Origin: Balanoglossus misakiensis
Lineage: Eukaryota; Animalia; Hemichordata
Assembly (NCBI GenBank): GCA_040954595.2
Contig: CM082592.2
Coordinates: 1,364,001-1,428,000 of the forward strand
Direction: 5' to 3'
DNA length: 64,000 nt
Positions 1 to 11,716 of this stretch are shown one piece after another; positions within the stretch are counted from its first letter, which is position 1; every line of letters starts with the position of its first letter. The position numbers and the translations under genes are program-made. Below the pieces are notes generated by a model. The model made no database searches, was not told where the DNA came from, and saw only the letters and a program-made list of their open reading frames with translations.

Positions 1-648
1 CTAAAAGTCTAACCAGTCAGTCAGTTGGTGAGTTTCTTACTATTATTGGAAGCTCCGTTTTCCTTAGCAAGTAAACACATTGAAAGTTTAAGCAATGCTT
101 TAGTGGCTTTTAGTTCCGATTTTGGTATGTTTACATACCATGGGACCTTATGGAATCAGTTGCGTCTGTATGTATGGATATACCGGTATGTCAGTTTAGG
201 CATGATGGGAAAGTTCCATTATAAGTTGGGACCTCACTTCTTCTCAAGGGATTAATCATATTCAATGCAAATAATACTCACTTGACACCAAAATCTTAAT
301 TATTGCGTCAATTTTGACGCAAATGAACAGCCGCTTCAGCTGTAAAATGGTCAACGTAAACTATTCGCATATCAGCTGACATGTTTCTAAAAATAGCACA
401 GTGGGTCTGGGATCAAAACAACCTCCGGTGCGCGCGAACTTTGTACTAAAAATGTAACGACCACTAATGCACATGACGTTTTGCACACAAAATGTTGCTA
501 ATTTGTGTGAATATTAAACTACCGTAGACAAGTGTATGACGCAGGTTGAAAAGAGTTTGACACAATTATTTGATGAATGCACAAATATACGCACTCGCAA
601 TAAATGTTACCGTGACCTTTGACCACATGTAGTGTCCTTCACAGTATT

Positions 649-654
649 TTTATT
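649..654 (-). terminator. Candidate polyadenylation signal of the lectin gene
   Basis: AATAAA on the minus strand about 150 nt downstream of the stop codon. Confidence 0.45.
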
Positions 655-806
655 TAGCCAGACTTGAAAGATTTGGTTTCTATGCCATGACAATACCAAT
701 AAGTGAATAACATAGTGAAACACGTATCATTTAATCGCCCATATTTCCTATTTAATGATAAACCCAAACCATTAATGCAAGTCCCACTATCCCTGTCGTT
801 TAACTT

Positions 807-1727
807 CTACGTAGCCATAACCTCCACTTCGCACATGTGCAATTGTTGTTCACGATCGATGAGTTGGACACTGACGTATCGTCCCCTCATTGGAGTCTCA
901 CAGCCACACCTAATGTGAATAGGCTGCGTCTTGGCCATTCTGCCAAGTATCATCATCCCGCACACTGGATTGTCGTGGAAGTTGGCACTGTCGCCGACAC
1001 GGATCTCGGCATTCTTGATACGGAAGGCTGCACAGTTGAACAGACCAGAACAGCAATGTAAGAAAAGAGGCAACAGAGTTGATATTAGATTGTAGATAGG
1101 TTGGCAGGTAGGTAGATATGAAGGAAGGAAGGTAGGTAAATAGGTAGGTAGATATATTACCAGAGAGATAGATAAACATACAGGGTGGTTGAGGTAGGCC
1201 AGCTGGTAGGTTAGACATACAGTAGGTAAGCAGATAGAGTTAGGTTTGTAGGTAAGAAGCTCACATGAAACAGCTATTTGTTGGTTGGTCTATGCAGGTT
1301 CTCAACCCCTTAATTAGCTGCATGTGTCTCCACCGGTAGAAGGTACCGGTAGATAGGATTGTAGGTAAGGTATAGATAGATCCATCCATGAAAGTTTGTG
1401 ACCAGGCTAATCGACAGTACACTGTCATATAATCTACTTCTTAGCGGCCACATGAGTTCTACTGAATTTGAACGAGTCAATACTCACGGCAGCAATCTTG
1501 TCTGTTAGTAATGACAACTTCGTAGATGTCGAAAGACTGTTGGAGATCCACTTTCCACCATGGCTGGAACTCCTTGTTTGTCCAGGAACACGCCCCAGAA
1601 GTGACGTCACTGTTGTAGTCCCCATCAACAGCATTTGAAGCCGCTGAATCCTTCTTCGGCTTGTCTGAACTCTGAGTGGCTATTTTACCTTGCGCGACGT
1701 TGTGCAGACCGGAAGGGAACTCACACG
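807..1727 (-). CDS. Lectin C-terminal FTL domain (exons 1488-1727 and 807-1027)
   Basis: CSWT-x-PWWKVDL...TNRQDCCPFRIKNAEIRVG...GRYVSVQL...LHMCEVEVMAT*. Confidence 0.92.
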
Positions 1728-4700
1728 CTGGTTAAATAGAGAATATGCAACGATCAGTCAAGAACAAGGGTGATCAGTCTCATCGTGCAGCAACGAGAAC
1801 AAGACAATCAACATCAATTCTGGCTCCCCTAAATAGGTATTTGACTAGCTAGGTGAGTGATGAAAATCTCATGTGGCTGACACAATATTAAGATGGCCGA
1901 TTTTTCCCATATTTAAGAAATGGAAGTTCATATGCGATGGTCATACTGAAACTTTGTAAAAATTGCTAACTACAAAGACAGACATCATTGACCAAAGGAA
2001 GTAATGAAATTCTGTTAACATGTGATTTTTTCAATGTCTTGCCACAGTGAGTTGTCATCATTTTACCCAGAATGCAATTGTTATAATTTGAATTGACCAC
2101 CTAGCACAAAGTAAAAACCTATTTAAAGCAGCCAGGTTTGAACCGTAACAAGAATGACTACTGCTACTGCTGCCAATTATGATATTAATGACAATGATAA
2201 TAATTCAAAATAAGAACAACAACAACAACACCAATAATATAAGAATAATCCTTACGTGGTAATGTTGGTATGTAGGTAGCTGTAAACATTAGACAAATAA
2301 AAAAAATAACATTATTACCATGGTTAAAAATGATATTCGACAATGTGATCTAAAGACGAACAAAATAGGTTCATTCACTCATGACAGTATTGTAGTGGAC
2401 GGCTTGATTTGTACAGGTGGCAAATAGTACAAGCCATTTTGGGTAATGTTAATTAGACATCAAATCAGGTCAAATTATCAATATCATTCAAGGTAATTAC
2501 CAGGTCCCAAAGAATTAAGGGAAAAAAGACAATCTCAACAGGATCGTCTTGAACCACTATTAAGTGGTGGTACCTGTTGTCTGCAATTGGTGAGCTACTC
2601 TGCCAGCATGCATAACCGTCAACACTTTCGAATTTCCAACGAGACTTTTGTGATCATAAACTTAGTTTAAATATAAGTAAACCAAATTTACTTACTTTGA
2701 GCGATGGGTGCTGTGGCCCAGGGTGCACATGAAATTAAATGAAGAGGGAGAAGTTCGTCTCTTAGAAAATGCTTTACAGAAAATAGTTTCTACTAGTGTA
2801 ATAAAAAACAAACAGCGTTTAGTGAACGCAAGATGTAACGTAGTGTAAGTGTAAATTCTGAAACAAAACTTCTGAAAAGAGCATATGTGAGAGGTGGAAA
2901 ACTAATTAGAATGATTCACAGAGGTATGCAACCAGATGGACAGACATAGAGACAGGGAAGTTTGTAGGGAGAGGCACACAATGAGCTAAGGCTGCATTCA
3001 CAAACACCTCTGGAGGGGGGGGGGGGCAGGAGAATTGAGGGGGGGATTTGAAAAAATTGAGGGAGGGTATGTAAGGGGGGGATTTGAAATAATTTAGGGA
3101 CTGAAAGGGGGGGGACTTGAAAACTTTAACAACTAAATATTTATTTTGAGTCCACAAAAATGCAGTTTCGCGCCCTTTATTTTTACAAAATGTTCTAATG
3201 CGGGAGGGGGACACCCCCTCCCACACCCACCCCCTCAATTCATCAACACCTTTCAATCATTGACTGGTTTATCTAGTGTCCCAGGTCAGGGGACTTGCCC
3301 CCACCCCATGATAACTTTGAGCGGCGACGGTTAAATTTGTCCTCCCCAACATACCGGTAGTTGAGTTAATTTGCTTTTCCGGGTTCATTAAAATGCAGCT
3401 TTGAGCTCTGTATTTTAGAAAATTTTCTTACGTGGGAGTGGGACACCCCCTCCCAAACCCACCCCCTTCAATTCTCGGTTTACAATGTCTCCCAACACAG
3501 AATACAAATATATGTACTTAAAAAATAGATAGATAGGTGATGTGTTTTGCTCTGTGAAAGAAAATGGGGGGGGGGGATTTCAAAATTTTGGCAGTTCGGA
3601 AGGGGGGATTTGAAAATATTGGCAGTTCGGAAGGGGGGCATGTGAAAATTAGCGGTAAAAAAATTGAATTCTCCCCCCCCCCCCCTCCAGAGGTGTTTGT
3701 GAATGCAGCCTAAGGACGGACAATATGGTCTTGACTACTGAACAGATAAACAGATAAAGCATCTGAGAAAAATAAAGTGTTGTAGAGAGAGAACATGGCC
3801 GCAATGCAACCATGATAAAACACATGTTCGACAAATTATCCATGGACTAAATACAATGATACGTACCTACTGTTTTCACTGGTGGTGGTGCAGCTGTTGG
3901 TGGGGGTGGCGTAGGTGGTGCTGGCGTTGGTGGCGCTGGTGTTGGTGGGGGTGGCGTAGGTGGTGCTGGCGTTGGTGGCGTTGGTGTTGGTGGTGCCAAG
4001 GTGGGAACAGCTGTAACAAGTGCAAATAAGTGGTCAATTAAAAGACAAGCAAGATTTAAGAAACTTTCGGGTGCCCCTTAACACTAAACATACAGCCTTT
4101 TCATAAATCCCGCACCCTCCAGCAGGCAACATGAATTTGAACTCATAGCGAGGCCGATTGGGAAATACCCTTGATGTGATTGGTAAACTTTCCCCATTGG
4201 CTTCATTTTGAATTTGAGTTCAAATTCGTGATGGCTGCAAGAGGGCGCTGAATTAATAAAAAAAGGTGTATTACAGCATCCCAAGGAACCCACAACACAA
4301 ATTCTCACCAACGGGGTCTCCATAAACTTTCAGTTCACAAAGATATATTGCCCTGTCGGTCTCCCCATACTTCAGCAAGGTAACATATCTTCCAGTAATT
4401 GGACCTGGTGAACACACTCGGGTTAATTCTCCTATTGCATCGAATTTCGACAGCTCCGTGGTTGTACAGTCTGCATCTAGTCTCTCGTCGTGACCGTTCC
4501 CCACCTCAATCAAGGTCTCGAAATAGCCACCTTTGAAGTATAACAGTAATAAGAATCTGTGAATGTTTTTACAGTTTACGCACTGATTACATGTTCTTTT
4601 AACTACGTACTCGTAGTTCTATCACATAATCTGACAGGAAATGTATTTACTATATGAACATTTCAATGTATATGTATATACTTGTATGTAAGTATGTAAG

Positions 4701-7700
4701 TATGCAAGTATGTATGTATGTATGCATGTATGTATGTATGTATGTACGGTATGTACAGTATGTATGTACGGTATGTATGTATGCATGTATTTATGTGTGA
4801 TTGTGTGTGGGTTGAAGGATGGATGGATGGATAGACTGGTAGTATACTTACATCCTTTCCTACTGATGGTGTACGTTTTGCATCCATTAGGTGCAAATAC
4901 TAGTTTGACACTGTGAACAATGTACTCCTGGCCAAGATCAATCTTGAAGGATGGACTACGAACGAGTGGGCCAGAATCAGCACACGTGGTCGGATCGCCA
5001 TCAACAAGGTTGGGCCATGTATTTTGTCCACCAATCACGTTTTTGCCACTGACAAGTTTGTTGAGGGCAATATTTTCTGAAATGAAAGTTTTATAGAGTT
5101 TGCTATATGTTTAGACTGTAATGTACAGTTGTGTGTGGGGGTGGGGGGGGGGAAGCGCTTCGCATCTCTGCCCTAGGTACGGAGCGCCCACACACGAATG
5201 TACCTTACTGTCTACTGCATGGTGTGTGATTTTAGTACACCCTTTTCACAAGTTTAGCGCCCTAGTGTAGCCATCATGAATTTGAACTAAAAGCGAGGCT
5301 TAATGTTTCGAAATTGACAATAACTTTCCACGTGCAGGTTTTCATGTATATTTGTCACTAATTAGCAATGTGTACTCTTGACCCTGGCTTATCACATTCA
5401 AGGAGTTTCATTTTCTAAACAAGAAGATAATATAAAAATAGATTTAGTAAACACCCGAAAATCTATTATTGGATATGCTCATTAACTTTTGGCCTAGTCA
5501 TATGTAGCAAAATGTTCGAAAAACAAGCAAAATTGCAGTATATCTTATGTACCGGTATATGTGGCTACCTACCCACCAATGCAGGTTATATGCCAGATAC
5601 ATGTGAGAAATGTTGCATTTTCTTGTTTTCTAATGTTTTTACCTCATCTGAGTAAGCAAAATGTAAATGAGCGTAGCACAAAATAGATGATCGCATATAA
5701 GTACAAAAAAAACAGAATTCCAAGTTTTCCAATGGCACATAATACCACTCAGTGACTCACCAACAGGTTCCCCGAAAACGTGCAGTTCACAAAGATATAT
5801 TGACCTCTCGGTCTCTCCTGCCTTCAGCAAGGTAACATATCTACCAATAATTGGACCTGGTGAACACACTTGGGTTAATTGTCCTATTGCTTCGAATTTC
5901 GTCAGCTCCAACGTTGTACAGTTTTGATCTTGATTCAAATCCTGACCATCCCCCACCGCAATCAAGGTGTTGCGATAGCCACCTTTTAAGATTAAACATC
6001 AAATTACATTCACATATTTGTGAATAATTTTGCATAAGCCAGGCAGTATATATGTTATTTCTCAAGGTAAAACGTATAGAGAGAAATAAATGTTTAATGT
6101 TGTATCATGAGGGCGCTGTTTAAAATAGTAAGCATATCAAGTAGGTATGGTAATAAGGTCAGTCTACGCGCTACCAGCAGCCAAACTAGTCACTTTCTGA
6201 TCTGTTAATTTTTTTAAAAATATTTATTTTTCTGTTTTGGTTCAGAGACCTAACGATTTTTCAGGGGTATTTTCCCTCTAGGAGAGTGTATAAGCTCTGT
6301 TTTTAGGGTGGAGTCTTAAGGCAGTTTTTATCATGCTCCATCAGAACAATTGTAACAAACTATTGTTGTAATAAAGCTGCAGGTGGTAGAGTAGCCACGC
6401 ACTGTACATAGAGATGGTGGTATGGCCTGTTTATTGTTAAATAGCTTGGAAGAAGAGACAAAACCTACTGATTATGTTTTCTTTTCAATACTTGAGGTTC
6501 TAACTTAATTATGTTATTTGGTAGGAAAATTATTTATCGTAATACCAGGATTTCAATAGATGTATGGATGGATAGGATGGGATGGATAGAAGGATAGAAT
6601 TTGAATGACAGATGGATTGGTCCATGGATGGACAGTTGGTTGTTTCGTTGGTTGAATTGGTGCATGAGTGGATGGGTCAATGGATGGACGGTTGGGTGGG
6701 TGGGTGGTACGTTGCCTTGATGGCTGAATGGTTTAATATAGACCCTAACAGGTGCATTGGGATGATAAAGCAATTGTCACTTACATCCTTTGTTACTGAT
6801 GGTGTACGTTTTGCATCCATCAGGTGCAAATACTAGTTTGACACTGCGAACAATGTACTCCTGGCCAAGATCAATCTTGAAGGATGGACTATGAACGAGT
6901 GGGCCAGAATCAGCACATGTGGTCGGATTGCCATCGACAAGATTGGGCCATGTATTTTGTCCACCAATCACATTTTTGCCAATGACCGGTTTGTTGAGAG
7001 CAATATCTGAAAAAAGTCATTTGAGTTAGTTAGCTGCAAGTAGTTTAACGTACCTTTAAACACTATGGACCAGTCCAAATACATGAACATAACTTTTCTA
7101 TGGCGGAGCGAGAGGGAACTGGGATGAAAAGGTTAATTTGACATCTATACACGTACAGATATATCCTTTTGTTCAGTATGTCACAAAGCCAGCAGGAACA
7201 CGGACTAGCCCGTCGATGAATTAAGATGGGTCCCTGGGATCTTTTTGCCCGTTGCTATGGGCCTTTATAGGACACTACACTCAATTTTGATCGCAACCGT
7301 TATGAACGTCCGACAAGGGGCTTGTAACTAGTTAAAATACGCATGATTGTGTGCACACCCCCTGTCCGAGTATGCTTACGGCAGCTACCGCCCGGCCATA
7401 GGCCGCCACTCTAATACGGCAAAGCAGCGGTCAGCGATTGCGTGCGCGTCCTGTAACCACAGTAACCGGATCGAACGCTAAAAATCCAATGTTTTGTACA
7501 CAGAGATTTTGTACCGTTCACGAAAATCCCTAAGGCTTTTTTCCCAGGCGACGAAGGCCAGCCAAATTTGACCTCCTTGTTGAGAACGCACTTCCGCACA
7601 GTGTGACGGATCGTTTTTTCGGTTTTCGTCGCGCTAAGAAGCGATACCGGTGGAAGAGTGCGTCCAAAAACACCCAAAATCGATGACTTTTTCAGGTGTG

Positions 7701-8269
7701 GTACGGGTATGCTGAAATCGTAGGATACAACGATAATATTTGAAAACAAAATCCGTCACGATCTTCCCTGGTTCAAGCAACTAATGAATACGTATCAAGT
7801 TCGTTTTTTAGGGTCACGGAATAAAAAGCCTTAGGCTTTTGAAATTTGACCTATCTAATTTGCATATCAATGGCGTCAGGTGGCGCGCGCTCACAATCGT
7901 GCAGATTTTCAACTAGTTACCAGCCCCTTGTTAGACTCTGAAAACGGCTTAGTCCAAATCGGGTGTGTAATGTCTTACAAAGGCCCATAGCAACGGGCAA
8001 AAAGATCCCAGGGACCCATCTTAATATGAATGAAAATATATACATTTGTATATACTAGAATATTTATATTTTACCGTTACGTATGACATATGTGTTATAT
8101 ATCTTTGTACGCGGCCGATTCTGTGTAAAAGAAATAGATTTGTAGGCATTAAAATGCTATGTTTTGGTCAGCAGTCAAATTGTAGGATCACAGAAAAAAT
8201 ATGCCACTTACTTGCATCTGCCGCAGCCATTGCTATTGCTGCAAATAATGCCAAGTGTATGACCTTCAT
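807..8269 (-). CDS. Secreted multi-domain F-type lectin (fucolectin/FTP-domain) protein, 9 coding exons, 525 aa
   Basis: Exons (minus): 8212-8269, 6785-7006, 5761-5982, 4852-5076, 4309-4530, 3867-4010, 2256-2279, 1488-1727, 807-1027. All have GT/AG sites and all introns are phase 1. The total of 1578 nt is an open frame ending in TAG. FTL motifs: NVAQGK.ATQSS, AVDG, PWWKVDL, TNRQDCC..R, GRYVSV, LHMCEVEV. Confidence 0.9.
1090..1380. repeat. Degenerate (GTAG/GATA)n simple repeat
   Basis: Runs of gtag/ggta/gata in the last lectin intron. Confidence 0.7.
2256..2279 (-). CDS. Lectin 24-nt micro-exon (ATYIPTLP)
   Basis: ctaatgtttacag acceptor with a branch-like CTAAT, gtaagg donor, symmetric phase 1-1, P/T-rich. 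Confidence 0.65.
2990..3710. mobile_element. PIF/Harbinger-type MITE, copy 1
   Basis: TIR GGCTGCATTCACAAACACCTCTGG-Gn, 3-bp TSD TAA/TAA, second copy at 14133-14893. Confidence 0.85.
3867..4010 (-). CDS. Lectin Pro/Thr-rich mucin-like linker exon
   Basis: AVPTLAPPTPTPPTPAPPTPPPPTPAPPTPAPPTPPPPTAAPPPVKTV, 144 nt, tacag acceptor and gtacgt donor. Confidence 0.85.
4309..5076 (-). CDS. Lectin FTL-like domain 2 (exons 4852-5076 and 4309-4530)
   Basis: Paralogous to domain 1, with the same intron positions and phases. Confidence 0.85.
4680..4832. repeat. (TATG)n/(GGAT)n microsatellite
   Basis: Direct inspection. Confidence 0.9.
5761..7006 (-). CDS. Lectin FTL-like domain 1 (exons 6785-7006 and 5761-5982)
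   Basis: NIALNKPV...NLVDGNPTTC...FKIDLGQEY / ...GRYVTLLK...IYLCELHVFG. FTL/discoidin fold motifs are present but the H..R.D....R sugar motif is absent. Confidence 0.85.
7225..8020. mobile_element. Non-autonomous TTAA-specific DNA transposon (Kolobok-like)
   Basis: ~55-bp TIR GATGGGTCCCTGGGATCTTTTTGCCCGTTGCTATGGGCCTTT, TTAA on both sides, RR..YY termini, extra subterminal inverted repeat (7310-7340 / 7905-7936). Confidence 0.8.
8212..8269 (-). CDS. Lectin exon: signal peptide MKVIHLALFAAIAMAAADA
   Basis: cag|GAACATG start, hydrophobic core, A-x-A cleavage motif, then a gtaagt donor (phase 1). Confidence 0.85.
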
Positions 8270-8531
8270 GTTCCTGCAATGTGTTTGAAAAGTATTGATA
8301 GTTTATGTTTTATGCATTTACATGCATACCTGTGCATGCATGCATACATACATACATACATACATACATACATACATACATACATACATACATACATACA
8401 TACACACATACATATACGAAGTGTGCGGTCCGATTGGTCCGATTCAAAGTGCTCAATACAAGAGTAGAGCAGAGTATAGAGTTGGGTAGTAGGAGAAACG
8501 AACAGGCGGTAAAATCTCTACAACGCTGTTT

Positions 8532-8582
8532 AGTCTCCTGATGAGTGAGTCTAGTGACTCACGAAACAGCGTTGTAGAGATT
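8532..8582 (+). ncRNA. Type I hammerhead ribozyme, copy 1
   Basis: Stem I AGUCUC/GAGAUU, core CUGAUGA (8538-8544), stem II GUGAGUC-uagu-GACUCAC, GAAA, near-palindromic stem III ACAGCGUUGU, cleavage triplet GUA (cut after 8576). Confidence 0.88.
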
Positions 8583-8873
8583 TTACCGCCTTTTCGTTTC
8601 TCCTACTACCCTACTCTATACATACATACATACATACATACATACATACATACATACATTCATACATACATACATACATACATACATACATACATACATA
8701 CATACATACATACATACATACATACATACATACATACATACATACACACATACATATACGAAGTGTGCGGTCCGATTGGTCCGATTCAAAGTGCTCAATA
8801 CAAGAGTAGAGCAGAGTATAGAGTTGGGTAGTAGGAGAAACGAACAGGCGGTAAAATCTCTACAACGCTGTTT

Positions 8874-8924
8874 AGTCTCCTGATGAGTGAGTCTAGTGAC
8901 TCACGAAACAGCGTTGTAGAGATT
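8874..8924 (+). ncRNA. Type I hammerhead ribozyme, copy 2
   Basis: Identical to copy 1 and 342 nt downstream. Predicted cut after 8918. Confidence 0.88.
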
Positions 8925-9811
8925 TTACCGCCTTTTCGTTTCTCCTACTACCCTACTCTATACATACATACATACATACATACATACATACATACATTCA
9001 TACATACATACATACATACATACATGGCCTTTGAAGGTAATTTTGAGTAGTCTTTTGAAAAGTCTGCACCTACATAAGCTTATTGTTCTTCACATATGGG
9101 CACAATACAATGGGCTAGCCTAAATGTACGTTGATACCAGTATCATAAGTAAGCCCTAAAATAAGGTAGTACTTGATTCGACAACGCAGGTGAGGGTGGG
9201 GGATGACAACAGGGGATTTATGGTTTACAGAGTGATATCGCTCCATCTGCAGCTGTTGGAATTGTCCCATACAACATAGTTCCTAGCAAGTCATAGTAGG
9301 CTAAGTGAAACTGCTACAATGTACATAACTGAAAACAATGTGGCTGTTACTTTGTATTACAAGTTGTACATCATTGCAAACAATGGATCGTCACTTTTTA
9401 TAACATGTCCAAGCAACTTTGATACAACATGTATCGGTTCAAGTTGGCAGGGTCTTCAGGAAGAGTGGAAACAAGGGGAACAGTGTTTCTAAAAAACAAA
9501 TCACACATTTGCTGTTTAGACAGCACTCCCTCGTTAACTGCGGGACAGTTTGCACACTAACTCAGCCTGCTTTATTTTTTCATGGTATAGTGTGCAATTA
9601 ACTTCGGCAAGTGTGTGGAATGAATTAGGCGACATCGCGATCCGATGTGGGCACACTTCAGGGTTGAATTTTACAAACTGCACGTCGCAATGAAAGATAA
9701 GTGGGTGACGATATATTAAACCAAACACATCTTTTCCAGAAAAATGTTAGTGTAACATATTCATGCAAGTGTATGGGGATAAAACAGTGGTTACTATCTG
9801 TAGGTACTCAC

Positions 9812-9995
9812 CCAGGGTTAGACACTTCCAAGCCCATAAACGCATGCCCTAAAGAAGTTTCTCTCGGACTGAAGTCTTTTCTGAAAGCCAAGCTCTATTT
9901 ACAGCAAAAAAAAACTGATGACAGCGCCTCATTAATTTGCATATCAACACCCTGTAGGGTGTGGTAATAAATCTCAGTCCAGCCAGTTTTATTGG
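9812..9995 (-). promoter_or_regulatory. Candidate core promoter and first exon of the lectin gene
   Basis: Inr TCAGT (A at 9870), TAAATA starting at -31 (9901), octamer at 9935-9942, CCAAT at 9991-9995. The exon 9812-9870 ends in a G|gtgagt donor. Confidence 0.55.
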
Positions 9996-11716
9996 CCGGT
10001 AAATTTATCACTCACATATTTGGCATTTGTTAACTTGTTGAAAACGAAGAAATGTGAAATACTCAACATGGGATTAACATTCGGAGCCGGTGATTGAGCT
10101 GTTGTGAATATTAAGTAAAAAGTATAGAATTGAATGTGTTTCCTTGAAGAAATTATGAAACTTCAAACGGTGGTGTTAGCAGTCATTTTACTCTGTGATG
10201 TGGATGTCATTTCACATACCCCTAAAGCTCTATGTTAGGAAATTACAAAATTATCACTATAGCTTTTTGTATACAAACGTTGGGTGCAGTTTTCTGTGGA
10301 AATAAGGTATATATATGGTGTACTTGATTGGGATGTCACACCATGGATGTATGACATGAGTTATCATGCGTTGTTTTTACATTATCTCCAATGCTTTTTG
10401 TCTGAAACAGAAAAAGAAGTCGGGTTAGAATTCACCCTTCCATGTCAGTCAGTTCACACGTGTTCGTCGGACTTTTGGGATCACGTGACTGAACATTGAT
10501 ACTTGATATGGTGATTGTCAAGCCTGTGAAAGTTTCATTTGGTAACAGTCATGTTCACAAATATTTGAAAAAAAAGCATGCAATACTTCTCAAATATTAA
10601 TTCTGAGTCCATTTTTTTCTAAAATCGTCACTGCTATCCTTATAGTTATTTTACTTTATCTGTTTTACATGCCATTTTTATAACGCTAAATCCGTTGTGT
10701 TTTTGAAAAATGCGGGCAGGAAAAGATGAAAATATGTTATACAGCTGTAATGGATCTTGTCAAAGCATTGAATATCACTACTGTCAGTGGTCAAACACAC
10801 AAATCACTTCACTTGTCAACAACATCGAACACGATTGGAACTATTTTAATGATAATGATTTATTCAGAATGCGCAGCCTTAAGCCTTTTGTGCCAAAAAT
10901 AACATGACCAGTGACTTTTGAAATATGTACAGAACTTAATTCATGACATGTAGGCCTACTAGGAAGAAAAATAATCAAAATCTAATTTTTCTCAAGGTAT
11001 TTTTTCCTTATCTCAAACGCAAAAAATAAGTAGGTACTGACTCCACTTTCTTAGTATGTTTTTTTATTGTGAAAATAAACAATATACTTGTATCTATATT
11101 TGGGTTTGTGGTGTACTGGGGTGGGAGATATTTTGATCTTAAAGCGTTATAAAGTTTACATTGTAAAAGGAAATGATACTCGTTTTCGATACTGCCATCA
11201 TTACAAATACAAAGTCTGCTCTCTCGCTAAAGTTTCTTGTGTCTTCCTTGTTCTATTGATAGAGTATGACATGATATACATAAATAATTAAGTGTGTGTT
11301 TAAATATAGGTTGCATACGGGTCAAAAGGTAGGGCTCTAGATTTGTACAATTTGTAAGTGTCAAGTGTACTTGAACAAGTAATGGATGAATGCCACTATT
11401 TGGGGATAATCGCATGGTAATAAACTCTGTAAAATTCTCAGCACAGTAATGTTGAACACATGAGTGTAACTATTGTGCAGGTCAAGTTGTGGGTTGCTGC
11501 GGGCCACTCCTATCTTGTTTGCTTTCAAATAACTGCTTACAAAGTACCGGTATGACATAGCAAAGAGATGAAAGGTTGCGAGGAATACTGGTATATCATT
11601 TTTCTGAAAATCTAAACCCCTTGGTGAAAAAGTATACTTTCATGACGTGTTGCATGACTCAAAGCAATCTTGTTTCAACACGGGCGTCATGGAACGATAA
11701 AATGTATGGATATTAA

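Larger units (their letters stand above)
8343..9024. repeat. (TACA)n microsatellite with two tandem 342-bp units of a Penelope/retrozyme-like fold-back (8415-8620, 8757-8962)
   Basis: Two identical ~205-bp inserts, each with a 58-bp inverted repeat and a hammerhead core, separated and flanked by (TACA)n. Confidence 0.85.

Noticed and set aside
8255-8831. ORFs rich in YIHT/MYVC (also 4622-4916 and 31360-31683)
   Set aside because: Translations of (TACA)n microsatellites, not genes.
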